The position numbers were made by a program, and so were the translations under genes. The notes below the pieces were generated by a model. That model ran no database searches. It was not told the DNA's origin and was given only the letters and a program-made list of their open reading frames with translations. This document shows, piece after piece, positions 13,369-26,738 of a stretch of 64,000 nt of DNA. How positions within the stretch are numbered: the stretch's first letter is position 1; every line of letters begins with the position of its first letter. Source of the stretch: Octopus vulgaris (lineage: Eukaryota); NCBI GenBank assembly GCA_951406725.2, contig OX597821.1, positions 45,136,001-45,200,000 on the forward strand, written 5' to 3'.

Positions 13369-13424
13369 TTTGTTGTTGTTGTTGTTGTTCTTCTTCTTCT
13401 TGTTCTTCTTGTTGTTGTTCTTCT

Positions 13425-13576
13425 TCTTTGCTTGACTTTTGCTTTGTCTTTGTACAAGATGATTTCAAGTATCACCTAGAGACTTCAAGAGACAGCAAGT
13501 TAGAAGTTCAAGTTGGTATTATGGCTAGGGTGTCATATGTTTGGTTTTGCACATAGTATTGTTCTAGAGAATGTTT
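13425..13576 (-). mobile_element. probable 3' UTR of another R4/Dong family
   Basis: Minus strand has a decayed HILRxxL-like coding end, a short UTR and a trinucleotide microsatellite tail. Confidence 0.4.
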
Positions 13577-14119
13577 AAAAAAACATAAGAAAATTATAAA
13601 CTTGTTTTAAAATTTGAGGTTATATAAATAGTATTTTACATAGAATGTGGGCAATTCCCATGAACACTATTTTTTGAATTTCTGCCCGATAGTAGGAGAA
13701 AGAGAAGCAGCTTGGTGAATTGACTAAATTCCACAGGTCTGTAAATAGGTTCGGCAGATGGTGAGAAGGAGATCAACAATGGGACTTCGCATTCCTGTGC
13801 GATCAGGGGAAAAAAGAAGCGTCACACCTCCGTGGTTAGCAGAGGTCAAATGTGCTTACTACTACTATCGATCAATGAGAGCGCTGACCTTGGCCTTGGA
13901 GAGAGCCATTTCACCGTGTTCTGCTTTTAATTACTGTTAAATATAATAATATACATATTCTGACGTTTACATCGTTAAACTTTTGAATTTTTGGATTTTT
14001 TTGAATTTTCCATTTTTTTATAGTCTCTGCTGTGGTTTACAGTTTTCATAATTGTGCAGTTTGTATATATTGGCAGGTACTTATCTCCTTAATTTTTATC
14101 GTGCGTTTAATTTGTTGCA

Positions 14120-14640
14120 ATTAAAGGTATGTTCACATATTCGAGTAGTCAGGGAAAAAAGAAGGGTAAAATTTTAACAGAAAATTGTAATATTAAATTT
14201 TTAAAATTTTCTAAAGATGATCGTTTGTATGTCCGAACAGAGAAAACTGCAGTGTTATTGCAATAAAAGATATGTTATGTTTACATTTTCGAATACTCAG
14301 GGAGAAAGAAAAGGAAAGAGAAGTGTTAAGTTTTCACAGAAAATTGTAACTGTTAAAGTTTTAAAATTTTCTGAAGATGATCATTTGTATGCCCGGACAG
14401 GAAAAACTGTAGCCTTCTTACAATAAAAAGTATGTTTATATTTTCGAATATTCAGGGAGAAAGGGAAAGGATAAGTATTCACAGAAGTTGTAAATATTAA
14501 AGTTTTTTTTAAAAGTTTTTAAAGATAATCGTTTCTACGTTCGTCCAGAGAAAAATGGAGGTAAGTTTCTCACCTTGTTTTGGGGAGAAATTTAAAAATA
14601 CTCACAGGAGATTGTAGATGTTCCGGTTTTTAAAAGCTAT
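14120..14640. repeat. degenerate ~150-160 bp tandem repeat, 3-4 units
   Basis: Recurring TTCGAATA.TCAGGGAGAAAG..CACAGAAAATTGTAA..TTAAAGTTTTAAAATTTTCT.AAGATGATCGTTTGTATG near 14140, 14288 and 14443. Confidence 0.75.
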
Positions 14641-14749
14641 TTTTCAGTGTTTCTGTTTCTTCGGCTACTGACTGGTCAGCGCAGCGAAGAACACGTCCAG
14701 CTACTGCCAAGGCCAGTGCTCTTCTCCTTTTGATAAAATATCATTTGGT

Positions 14750-15500
14750 TATTATTGTTATTTCTTTAATGTCACTAATCTTTCTTGCTGCGGTTTTAGA
14801 TTTCCATAAAAAATTTGTTTCTCAGAAAAATGAATATCCTGCATGTTATATTCGCATTTACAGAAAAACAGGTAGTCTTTGATAACCTCATTAAACTTAT
14901 CTAAATTGTTATGCTCTTCTAGACTTGCTTCACGTACAACATCATCATTAGTATAAGCAAACATTACATTTAGATGGTTAGCTGTAATTACGTAATAAAT
15001 TATTCTATGAAAAACAGTTACCAAACCAAAAGGTATTTTATCAAAACAATCAATTTATAATATTTTCTAATAATAGCCAAATGAAGAGATTCTTTAGAAA
15101 CACTATCAACGTATAAAAAAGCTTTGACACTATATTTAAAATATGGTGATTCTGAATTATAGCAAATAGGATTTAACTGAGTCTTTTGGAATGTTATTGC
15201 TTATCGTATCATATAACTTAGCTTCCCTATTTTTAAGTAATCTCTGAAGTAAGCTTCTAAATCTGTTGTTAAGGAATCTCCCATATCTTCTTCATAATAT
15301 TCATCAACAGACACTGATTTAAAACAACAATCTCGGTTTAAAGTCGCTAGGCATAAATAAATAAGTGAATTTACTACGGCCTGTCAGCTCATGTGCGCCA
15401 TCAGCCAGCATTTTTGATAGTTCTCTTTGGTATTTAGTGCTATGAAAGCAAAATCAGATTGAGATACCAATGAATCAACCCGATGGAGGGTGCTTTAAGC
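14750..15500 (-). mobile_element. Ty3/gypsy LTR-retrotransposon pol remnant (RT)
   Basis: FDKIPFGLVTVFHRIIYYVI..FAYTNDDVV..SLEEHNNLDKF..KCEY..IHF..NLKPQQERL aligns by eye to gypsy RT motifs (MPFGL, FQR, YLDD, EEH, KC). Confidence 0.75.
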
Positions 15501-15569
15501 TGACTAAGGTGTTTTACTGCTTTTTGTCTCAAGCGAGGGCTTTTTTCATATTTATATACACGATAAATG

Positions 15570-15775
15570 TGTTTGTATTTGTCCTTCACCCACCGCTTGA
15601 CAACCGGTGTTGGTGTACTTGTAGCCTCGTAGCTTAACGGTTTGACAAAGGAAACCGATAGAATAAGTCACAGTTTAAATAAAAGTACTGGGGTCGATTC
15701 ATTCAACTAAAAGTTTCAAGGCAGTGCCCCAGTATGGCCGCAATCTGATGGCTGAAACAAGTAAAAGATAAAATA
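15570..15775 (+). mobile_element. CORE-type SINE 3' half
   Basis: GCTTGACAACCGGTGTTGGTG..CCGATAGAATAAGT..GGGGTCGATTC..GTGCCCCAGTATGGCCGCA..CTGAAACAAGTAAAAGA; homologous to 29670-29846. Confidence 0.8.
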
Positions 15776-15779
15776 TGGT

Positions 15780-16130
15780 TTTTCAAATGTTGTATCGATC
15801 TTCTGATGGTGTATCTGCATTTAAGAAACCTCGGCCTCCTTTCCTTGGTAAGTAGAGCTTGTCAATATTACTTTTAGGATAGTATGCATTGTGCACTGTG
15901 GACAGCTGCCTAGATCCTGTAGCTTTATTTTTGTTCACTGAAAAAAATGAAAGGAGCAGAGTGTTTCAATACTGATATCGCCTGCCTATTAATTACCTTG
16001 ATGGCATTACCTAGTTTTGTTTGGATCACTTTCCTAATCTTTCTCTTGTACTCTTTGAAGACACTCTCTCATTTCTCTTTCCTGTAACCTATCGTTCTGC
16101 TGCATCTAGAGGCTTGCATCGTTCATTATC
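15780..16130 (-). mobile_element. R4/Dong LINE internal remnant
   Basis: QLSTVHNAYYPKSNIDKLYLPRKGG, the HPKxDxDRLYLPRxxGG block. Confidence 0.65.
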
Positions 16131-16213
16131 TGTCCACTAGCTAATGATATCACTTTTTTGCGTCATCATCATCATCATCATCATCATCATCGTCATCGTC
16201 ATTGTCGTCGTCG

Positions 16214-16246
<33 letters not shown>

Positions 16247-17716
16247 GTATCATCGTCATCATTGGCTAAGATCAAAGTGTAGTATTATTGTTCCTGGTTT
16301 GATAAATATATTTAGAGTTTTCTTCCTTTGGAAAGCGCTGTGCAAATCATGAAATACATGCATAACAATGTCGAAGGTCAGCAATTACCGTGTGAGAATG
16401 CTTTTCCAGTATTTATAGATCATAATCAGATTTCTGTCACTCTCACCCACTCTTTTTTCACATACATGCATATATACATACATATATCCACATACATTCA
16501 AGCACATCTTTTAGTTTTTTCTGCTTTTACTTTTGTTTATTATTTCTTGGTCTATCGCCTAAAGCTGTTGGTACCTATTCTCCATTCTTTTCTTTTCAAG
16601 AACATATGACTTCTTGATCATATGTTTGCCCTGAAATAGAAACCACCACCACCACCACCACCACCACCACCACCACCACCACCACCACCACCACCACCAC
16701 CACCACCACAACAACAACAACAACAACAGCAACAACCAAACAATTGCAAAAAAGTACATTTAATTTTTTTCATGGAAAACTTAGCAGCCTGCTACAACGA
16801 GAGGCTCTTTCACGGTTCTCTCCTAGATACAACATATTCCAGCCCGTATTTCTATTGTAGTTTCTTCTAAGATATTTCTTCATGCATAGCACCAGTCAGA
16901 TGAATGACCTCAAGCTATGAACTCAGTAAATGTATCGGATCCATTAGAATAAATACCGACCGGAGAGGATATACACGAGTGTTGATATACAATAGAGATA
17001 AATATATTCCTTATTTCTATGGAGGTTTTCCTCAAGAAGTTGTTCTTCAGTACAACAATCAGATGTTATTAAAAAGTCTTTGTTTCCCATTCAAGTAATA
17101 TTTTCTCTTTGACAATGTTATTTTAAAGTTTTTCATTCTAAGAAGGACGAAAGATTTGCTTTTTATTTTTACGTTTTACTTTTACGGCATAACAACGAGA
17201 TGCGCGGTTAAGAGGCTTGCCTCGCATGTGTGGCATCTTCGGTAACAGACATCTCCCGTAGTTTACGATTTGAAGAAAGCATTGTAAGTCGGAGCTGGTG
17301 TCAGAAACTGTGAAATCCTGTTGTGGGGACTATTTCTGTTGCTTGAGGAGAGGACTCAAACACCTAAACCTGCACGTTGAGTTGCCTTTAGTGAAGCCAA
17401 CTCAAATGTATGCTTATGTGCCACGGCCTGTTTTGAGGATACCTTCCCTAATTCCATCAGACACTGAGCCATTGTCATGAGCGCTGCCTCTCTTTTGATT
17501 AGACCATAAAAAATATTCATTATATTGAGTGAGAAATGATTCCTCAAGGATGCGAATGTGAAATTTAGGACGTTTTGAAGTTTTCATAGCCCTCAACTAG
17601 GGCTTGATTTCAAATCCTACTGCAGTTCATTCCGATCTTCATCTGCATGGGGCCGATAAGAAATGTACTAATCATGTGCTGACTCAATTTAGTCGACTCC
17701 GCTCTTAGCTTACACT

Positions 17717-18200
17717 CTGTTGCTATCATACTATGTTTCTACCGTACATTGTGTTTCTGTCCTGTTTTGTGTTTCTACCCAACGTTCTGTTGCTGTCCTA
17801 TTCAGTGTTGCTACCCTATATTGTGTTGCTGTCCTATTATATGTTGCTGTCCTATTATGTGTTACTGTCCTGTTCTGTGTTTCTACCCAACATTGCGTTG
17901 CTGTCCTGTTCTGTGTTTCTACCCAACATTGTGTTGCTGTCCTATTATATGTTGCTGTCCTATTATATGTTGCTGTCTTACATTGTGTTGCTGTCCTGTT
18001 CTGTGTTTCAATCCTACATTGTGTTGTTGCCCTATTCTGTATTGCTATTCTTACTTTGTGTTCCTATCCTATTTTGTGTTGTTGCCCTTCGTTGTGTTGT
18101 TACTATACCCTATTTTGCTACCCAACATTTTGCTGCTATCCTACATTTTGTTGCTACTCTTTACTCTGTTGTTACCCTGCATTCTGTTGGTTTGTGCTAC
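17717..18200. repeat. degenerate ~18 bp minisatellite (TATTGTGTTGCTGTCCTA-like)
   Basis: About 25 diverged units, with alternating TGTGTTGCTGTCC and TGTGTTTCTACCC variants. Confidence 0.9.
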
Positions 18201-18739
18201 TGTGAATATATACAATTATGTTCATGATTTATAGTTTAAATTAACTTTGTTATCGATTTATATCTTTGTTTATTGTTTATCAGAAGTAGTTAATAGTTAA
18301 CTAGATCGCAATATTTAAATCTCTTTACACGTCTTGTATATTGATTTTTTATATAATGGCTGAAAACTGTGGATTTTTATTGCTTAATAGATAATTGAAA
18401 TCATTGTGTATTTAGTCTTTATTTATGCAGACTCATAATAAAGGTTGGGTTTCTTTAACCTTTCCAGGTTTAATCAAGATCAAGGTAGTTGATATTCAGT
18501 TTGAAATTCTCAATAAACGTTGCAAGAGAGAGGGTAGAGAGAAATTGAGAGACGACTGGATACATGGTGAGGAAAGACCGGTAGAAGGGCTCAGTTCAAG
18601 ATTGGGAAGGTGAGACAATGTAACGATGACAAATAGAAGAAACCCGGGCGCATCATTTATTTCGGTGGAAGTGGGACACGGCTTGATTGTTCAGATGAAC
18701 AGAGATTATTACAGTAGCAGTAGAGAGTGAGTGAGTGAA

Positions 18740-18759
18740 TGACTGGGAGCGAGAGAGAC

Positions 18760-18794
<35 letters not shown>

Positions 18795-18900
18795 AAGAGA
18801 GAGAGAGGGAGGAGGGAGGGAGAAGGGAGACAGAGAAAAGAAAGAAAGAGAGAGAGGGAGAAAGAAAAAGATAGAAAAAGAGAAAGAGGATATATATAGG

Positions 18901-18940
<40 letters not shown>
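18740..18940. repeat. (GA)n-rich polypurine tract
   Basis: Read directly. Confidence 0.9.
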
Positions 18941-21176
18941 ACAGGAAACAATATGTTATGCACCAAGGGTTGTATTTAAATGCTGAGTGGATCTTTGCCA
19001 ATCAGCAAGATTGTCGGTCATTATTCGATGGTTATATATCCTGTGTAGCAATGCCGTCTCAGGCATGTCAGTACTCTAATGATGGCCATACAGAAGGTCA
19101 AGAACTGATTAGGTGTAAAATATTTATTATCTCTGAAGAGAAATCCTAAATACTGAGCTGTACTTCTATGTCATGTTGTCATTCTCACAGATGTTTTGTA
19201 GAACCAGATATGGAATAGCTACGGCCAGTTGTAGTCTGAGATTGCAGATTTGACGCTTAGCAAATATACCGTTAATGATTTATCCTTTCATTACGGGCAT
19301 ATTTTTCATTAATTAAATTGTTTTTGATTTATCACATCGAGTGTGTTCATTCTCATTAAATTATATAATCTTCAGAGAGTAGGCATCCCTGGCGAATTAC
19401 CCCCAGTAATTATTTTAAATTGCTAAAACAATGACTGTTTTTCACATAAAGTCATTATATCTCTCAGTCATCTGGCAACACTATATTTCATTAAGTTGTT
19501 TCTGTACATTAACCCCCCCACCACAAAACTCACAATATATTGCATTGTTTAAGTAATTTAGATCTCAGAGTTGTCTTCGTCACCAGAAATAATCATTAAA
19601 GCTAATTATTTTCCTACAGTAATCTAATGATGGGTGTAACACGAATTAATTGAGCATCTAATTTGGCTCACTCCAAGAAATGCTCTTGACCCACCGCTCT
19701 ATATCTTTAGTATTGGGTTATATTCGTGTGTTAGAACCCGAAAGTATTTTGCTAAATTCCTCAAAGTACCTACTTTTATCTTCAACGAATTTATTTTATT
19801 TTATTCATGTACCAGTTATGTATTGACTCGATTCAATCGGTTCCACTCTTTATGTTAGAGAGCGCTGGTTATTGGGCGCCGGGTTAAATACTTTTAAAAA
19901 ATTAGCTTTGTTTATTTGTTCTCTGAGTTATCCGAAATTTGACCAATTCTAAGGTAATTACATCCATATAGTTTAATACCGATGAATTTTTTTGACAGAC
20001 ACAAATTCAGTTTTCGAAGAGGGACGAGTTAATTAAATGTGACAACATCGTATGTCATAATATCGTAGTTATTGACGGTGGGGCGATTAAAGGCATCATA
20101 TTTAATGTTAATCGTCAAACAATATTATATTTCAGATATTGTTCACTGATTAATAATAAAATAATTGAACTGATTTTAATTTTTAGATGAAAAATATTCT
20201 TTTTTATTTTAAGATAGGATACATTGTAATTCCTTGTTTGAAACGATTTATTTTTTATTTAAAGTGAAATAGTTAAATTTAATTTATTAGTGAATGACAA
20301 TAATTCTAAGTCATATTGTAATGCTTCCTGCTTGTTATAAATAAGACGCATTTAATGCAGCTTTGTTGCGAAAGACACGTAAGCAAGAACGAATTAGTAT
20401 TAGAAACAGATAAATAGAAGCTTTTATGACAAAGAAGCGGTATTTTCGATATTAATATGTATTGTGTACTGTTATACTATGTTTCTCGTGGAAGTTTAGA
20501 ATTTTCATCAAGATGTCAGGCTGAAGATAACAGTCATGTAAAAGAGTAATTGAAATAGAGCACAAAACCTACTTAAGATATATTAACATTGAACATTAGC
20601 AAATTACACATTTAATGTGGCGCCTATTAAGTGGATTGGATAAGAGGAGACTATGGCCAGCTATGAAGGACCACTATTTTAATTTAGCCAGCCATGAATG
20701 TCCACAAAGGAATTACCATAATGGCATTTCCTTCGAACTGGAAGATGGTTGAACGGTTGCGACTGTAGTATTTGATCGTTAATCAAGAATCTAAGGAATG
20801 AAATTAGAATAAAGGCAAGCATCGTTTGAACTAAAATATACAAATATTGATTTCTGTTTAACCGGTTACACGATTAGTTGATGCAGAAGATGATAGAATC
20901 AACAGAATCCTCTTCAATGTAAACAAGGCAAAGCTCGTGCATATTGCAAGAAACTTAGATCTTCTTCAGCCTAATGAAATTTTAAGGGAGAATCAGAATG
21001 TTTAACGTTCATGCCTTTTTTCAAAGTTCTTAATAATGTAAAGAAAGTTAACTAGAATCAACTGAGAACCGAAACTGATTCTTGAACTCTTCATTTTAAT
21101 ACTGATTTCTTATTTAGCCACAACTCTAGCTATTAAAAGATAAATATATAGTGGATTCTTTATAGATGTCAATATA

Positions 21177-22046
21177 TAGGGTGTTTCAAAAGTCACTGAT
21201 GAGTTTCAGTTTTTATTAATTTCCTTAACATTACAAATTAATGCACGAAATTTTGTTACAATATAACAAGACATAATGGAAATTAATATGCACAAGTTAA
21301 ATTTTGCAACACCATTACATCACATATGAAAAATGACATCGCTTAAATGGCAGTTGTTTTCGGTTCACTTTCCAAAACTTGCACCATAACACCTTCAAGA
21401 CTTTCAGATCCCAATTCCCTGATTTCTCTATTGATGTTCTCCTTCAGTTACACCAGGGTCTCCGGTTTGTTGACGTAAACCCTATCTTTCAGGTATCCCC
21501 GCAAGAAAAAAATCAAGTCTGGGAAACGTGAAAGCCAGTTGACATTGCCGTAGCAGGAAATTATTCTCTCTCCAAAGCACTGTCTCAGCAACTGCATTGT
21601 TTCTCTTGCGGTATGAGCAGTTGCTCCATCTTGCTGAAACCATGTGTGAAGTCTACTTTGAATGGCCTTCACGTTCACCAAACTTGACTAGCCCGGATTT
21701 TTTCTTGTGGGGATACCTTGAAAGAGAAGCTTTACATCAACAAACCGGAGACCCTGGTGCAATTGAAGGAGAGCATCAATAAAGAAATCAGAGTGGTGGT
21801 GTCTGAAAGTCTTGAAGGGTGTTATGGTGCAAGTTTTGGAAAGAGCACGGGCGAACGAAGCCGAAAATGGCTGCCATTTAAGTGATGCCCTTTTTCATAT
21901 GTGATGTAATGGTGCTGCAAAATTTAACTTGTGCATATTAATTTTCATTATGTCCTTTATATTGTATCAAAATTTCATGCACTTATTTGTGAAGTTAAGG
22001 AAGTTATTAAAAATTGAAACTCATCAGTGACTTTTGGGACATCCCG
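21177..22046. mobile_element. Tc1/mariner DD41D (rosa/VS-type) fold-back derivative with ~370 bp inverted arms
   Basis: TA-flanked ends (T/C)RGGRTGTYYCAAAAGTCACTGATGAGTTTCA. Both arms contain the transposase C-terminus (WPSRSPNLTSPDFFLWGYL on +; WFQQDGATAH..WLSRFPDL..GYLKDRVYVNKP on -). Combining both arms, 41 residues separate the QQD aspartate from the third D. Confidence 0.88.
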
Positions 22047-22289
22047 TATTAGCATATTCATCGATCTTACAATAAAAAGATTTGAATATGGAACCAGTTT
22101 AATATCAAGATAAATCGCAGCACCTTCAAATATACTAAAGGATGAAAAACAAAGGCATACACAAATGTACGTAATAATATGGCTTTCATTTCAACTCCAG
22201 AAATAAAAAAAAAACATGATTAAATGTGGTGAGTAGAATAATATCAGTTTGATAGCATTAATGTTTGGCAGAGCAAAAAAGGAAGACAA

Positions 22290-22715
22290 CTACAAATATT
22301 ACCTCCTATATTTCTTTGACTTACTCTCATCACTTGAACTTAGCCCCCCCTACTCTACTATAGTAAGCTGAACTTGTCCTTATTCTGAAATGTCATCCTC
22401 CCTGACTTCTACCAAAAAACTACTAGCGTAGCAGTGGGAACTAAAATGGTCCTTAGTTACGGTAATCTTCCCATTGGCTATATTGAGGCTCACGTTTTTG
22501 TTCACCAGACCTACTCGGAACTATACAATCGTTACTTCGCTAACTGTATTAATGTTACTGACTCTCTACCGATGAACTCACTGTTATCATTTCTTTCATG
22601 AAAATTCCTATCTTCCATGAAATTTACCTCTTAGACATTTCAGCTACCTTTTTCGTCATCTCTGTCACTCTCGATATCCCTTACATTATAAATCTAGTGA
22701 CCCACACTCCTCCTG
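22290..22715 (+). mobile_element. Penelope-like element RT remnant
   Basis: Decayed AELVL..DFYQ..SVAVGTKM..SYGNLPIGYIE..LYNRYFANCI..HYKSSDPHS (GVAMGTKMGPSYANL, RYIDD and YKPTD motifs); directly followed by a hammerhead module. Confidence 0.7.
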
Positions 22716-22743
22716 TTCTAATTTAATTAAATTCTATGTCTTT

Positions 22744-22832
22744 GTGCTGCTGAAGATTGCTCTGCATTTTAAATTGATGCAATGATTGCATTGTTCAATT
22801 AAATGGAGTTGCATGAAACGATCGTACTGCAT
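22744..22832 (+). ncRNA. type I hammerhead ribozyme, PLE-associated, copy 1
   Basis: GTGCTG-CTGAAGA-[58 nt stem II]-GAAAC-GATC-GTA-CTGCAT; palindromic stem III ACGATCGT; one stem I mismatch. Confidence 0.75.
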
Positions 22833-23174
22833 TACCTCTGAATATCCTTGTTGCTTATTTTGATTTTAATCGCCTTACTTTGAAATTGTATGAATAATAC
22901 CGTACTAAATTCTGGTATATCAACTTAAGTATCATATTTATCTGAATCTATATCAATATATATATAAATACACACACACATACACACACATATATATATA
23001 CATACACACACACACTAATTTTTCTCTCCTTGAGGGAAGTTTCTCCTCTTCAATTTCTTATCAAACCATATTTCTCTCTACCCCTGTAGCTGAAAACAAC
23101 CAGAGATAGCGATAGCAGCAACGGCGGTCACTAGTCAAATTTCATTCGTATATATATATATATATATATATATT

Positions 23175-24066
23175 TCTTTCACTTGTTCCAGTCATTAGAC
23201 TGCAGCCATGCAAGGGCATCGCCTTGAAGAATTTTAGTCGAATGAATCGACTCCAGTACTTATCTTTTAAAGCTGGGTACTTACGTTATAGGTTTTTTGC
23301 TGAACCGCTAAGTTATAGGGACACGCACTACCACCAGTATTCTAGCAGTGGTGGGGACAAACATTCACACACGCTCACACACTCTTATACACACTATCAC
23401 ACACACATATAAAAAAAAACGGAATAAGAACGTAATGGATGACAATAAAAACATACATACAGATAGATGATACAAAGACAGACAGGAAAAACCAGAACGG
23501 ATCAATCGTGGCCTTCTATTCATCAGTCAAGTTTTCAATTATCATTACAGCTTCGGCGTGTTACACTTGAGACTGTTCAAAATTGGTTGGCCCCAAAAAT
23601 CTAAGCTAAGAGCATTAAATGTTTGGAAGAAAGCAAGCGAATGTATACGACAACACAGACAAAAAAGAAAAAAACGAGAAAACAGAAAATGTTACACGAT
23701 TACAAATACAAACAACAAGAAAATAACAACAGGTGTCTTTCGACTAATGAGGACAATTTAAGTTGAGCTGGTGTGTGCCTTGAAGCACAAACATAGACGA
23801 AAGTCAGGAGACAGGAAAATGAGGTGTTGTACGGGTGGCGGTCAGGCAGAGAAAGAAAGATTATGCTTGGCCGAACACCGGTCACATAGAAGGAACAGAG
23901 AGGAGTAGGGGTTACGGCTGGTTTCTTCCTGGTTCCGTCTACCAAAAACCGCTCACCAAGCTTTGGCCGGTCCGAGGCTATTGCTTAAGTTGTCACGCAT
24001 TGGGAATGAACCTGGAGCCATGTAGTTTGGAGGCAAACTTTTTACCATAGAGCCACGCCTGAGCCT
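23175..24066 (-). mobile_element. CORE-type SINE split by an insertion in its internal microsatellite
   Basis: 3' half at 23175-23370 and tRNA-like head at 23915-24066 both match the 29449 family in reverse orientation. Confidence 0.75.
23410..23910 (-). mobile_element. unclassified ~500 bp insertion, possibly PLE-derived and non-autonomous
   Basis: Non-coding and purine-rich on +; similar layout to 43578-44370; minus strand has GCCGAAG...CTGATGA..GGC. Confidence 0.5.
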
Positions 24067-24068
24067 GT

Positions 24069-24099
<31 letters not shown>

Positions 24100-25450
24100 G
24101 GCATGTATGCGTCTATGTATATATATGTATATAAGTATTGTAGTTTGGCTACAGCATTGCGGAAAATGCATAAAAATCAATGTGTTTTAAAAGTTTAACG
24201 CAATGTAGATCGAAAATTAAATATCAATAATGACAATAACAAAGGCATTAGAAATATTTTGAAATTTCGGGAAAAAAATGACCCTTTTGAAAATGTGTTA
24301 GCTTGTCATATCGATTGTGAGTGTGTGTGGGTTCAAGTGATCAAATGTATAGAAATGAGGAATTTTGGTCTGGAAGATACGAAAACGTTAAGAAAGACAA
24401 ATTGTTTACATATTATCGATAGATACAGCGTTGGCTAAAATCTATAAGTAGCACAGCATGACTTTGAAGCAAAACACTGATAATTATAAGCATCTGTGTA
24501 TCATACTTAAACTATAAACATCGTTGAATGCCTGGTAAATTGCGGTATTCTTGATAGCGTTTCTTATAGAACATAGTGTTAAAAAAAGATAGAAATATAT
24601 CAGAGGCAGGCGAAAATTGCTAAATACGTATCTGCCTCTTTGGGGCTTCGTCAGCTGCAAGTATCCACTAACGACCGCATAATAAGACATAATCATCCGC
24701 TAGCTTAAGAAGAAATCATACAAGCAAATTGGTTTATCAAAATTTTCTGAAGTTTTTTGTAATAGTAGGTTAATTAATTAGTAATAATGTGTTTATTTAT
24801 TAGTAATAGTGGATTTATTAATTATTGATAGTTGTACCTCTTTAGATAGTCATTGATGAAGCCCCGAGTCAGGATTGGAATCAATTCGGTAGATCTCTCA
24901 GCTATCTGTCTACGAAGTTACAATATACATAGACAAGGTGTTTACACATCCGCTATCACACATAGTATTGGCTAAAAATTCACTGATGTATCCTACAGTA
25001 GTATTGAAACAAAAACAGTGAAAGCAACAGTAATATCTTTTGTTTTCTCGTCACTTTGAGCATTGTTTTCCCACTTACATTTGTTTTCTCTTGTTCTCGC
25101 TTTCCTCCTCCATTGATATAATTATTTTTCCTTACTCCCACTACTTCCATTTTATTTATCCAGTAACACCACAAAACATCTCTCTCTCTCTCTCACTCTC
25201 TCTCTCCCCACGAATGGTTCCGTCCAAAATGTTAGACATCTCTTCTCAACATATATTCTATTGTTTCAACTATTTCCCTTTCATAGTTTTGTGGGACACA
25301 AATGTGACCAATGATCTCTTTTGGCAGAGAAGTTTCACTAGAAGGGTTGTTTCATGTCCAAGCCCACCCAACGAGAATACCTTTGTTGGGTGTATTTGGT
25401 CGCCACCTGGGATTGAATTTGATGTTGAAGATAGGAGTTTGATATTGATA

Positions 25451-25485
<35 letters not shown>

Positions 25486-26368
25486 AAGAGAGCTATAAAC
25501 AACCTGATACGAATACAGCTACGAATAGCCTCTCTGTCTTATATATACAATCAGACTGTTTCACGCACGCACACACACACACACACACAAACACACACAC
25601 GCAGACACACACAGACACACACACACACACACACACATACACACGCACACACACACATGTTTCTCTCAGGAAATGCAAAATAATTGGACTTAGAAACGGA
25701 TATCACACTGACAGCATTTGGCATTTATTGATCAGTTAAAGCAAGAAATAATCAAACAGACAATATCAGTAAACAAAATGCAATAACAACAACGACAACA
25801 ACAAAAGTAACAACACAACAGCAATATATACAAAAGTGGATATTCACTTCTGTATTTTTATTGATTGAAGGATTTTAGATGGAACGTATCTAAATATTAT
25901 TCTCTTCATTTGTTCTGTATTCCATTTAAAATATTTTTCCATATTTTCGACAACTATAAATGGCAGAATGCTTTCAATAAATATTTTCCTTTGATACATA
26001 GAAAAGAATGGTTGGCCAACTATTTCATAATGAAATAAAAAAAATAAATGAAAACTACTTAGATATAGAATATTTCTGATGTTTTCATTAATAAATGTTA
26101 TACAACTCGGCTCATACGCAATGATAATACTTATATCAATACACGCAGTCACATACATACACCAACATCTCTACCACGAGATTATCAATTTAAAGAAAAT
26201 AGATATTTTGGTTAAATATCATTTAAATAACAATTGCTTTGACTTGTTGCAAAGCCAAAATTTATTGTAGGGGAGTAGATATTGCCAATTGATTTCTAGC
26301 TCAGTAAATTATTTGTATTATTCACTTCATCGACAATAGGAGAATGAATAAAAGGCAACACTTAATAT

Positions 26369-26548
26369 CTTATTTCTTTACTGGCCACAAGGGGCTACAC
26401 ACAGATGGGACAAACAAGGACAGACAAACGGATTAAGTCGATTATAAGTGCGTAACTGGTACTTATTTAATCGACCCCGAAAGGATGAAAGGCAAAGTCG
26501 ACCTCGGCGGAATTTGAATATAGAACGTAGCGGCAGACGAAATACTAC
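26369..26548 (-). mobile_element. SINE (GGCAGAATCGTTAG family), 5'-truncated
   Basis: Reverse complement of the 62810-62990 body. Confidence 0.88.
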
Positions 26549-26738
26549 CCACAAGGTTTATACATCCGCGCTGACTCCTTGGTAAAATCATTAATGATTT
26601 TTAGCTTATATATATAAGAGAAATAATTGAGATTCAGTTGAATTAGGTACTTAAGTTGAAGCACCAAGCCAGTGCGGTATTTTCCGTACGAGTCAAAGGT
26701 GAATAAAATCAAAATAAGCAACAAGATATCAAGAGGTA

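Noticed and set aside
16158-16352. His/Arg-rich protamine-like ORF
   Set aside because: (CAT)n/(CGT)n microsatellite.
17720-18234. Cys-rich ORFs resembling keratin-associated or metallothionein proteins
   Set aside because: All three frames are open because of a stop-free 18 bp minisatellite; no splice or domain evidence.
21200-21215. CTGATGAG hammerhead-like box in the DD41D terminal repeat
   Set aside because: No matching stem II/GAAA/UH arrangement.
24470-24960. Decayed hammerhead-like CTGACGAAGCC..GGC on minus and TTGATGAAGCCCC on plus
   Set aside because: GAAA box absent; probably an old PLE end but not supportable.
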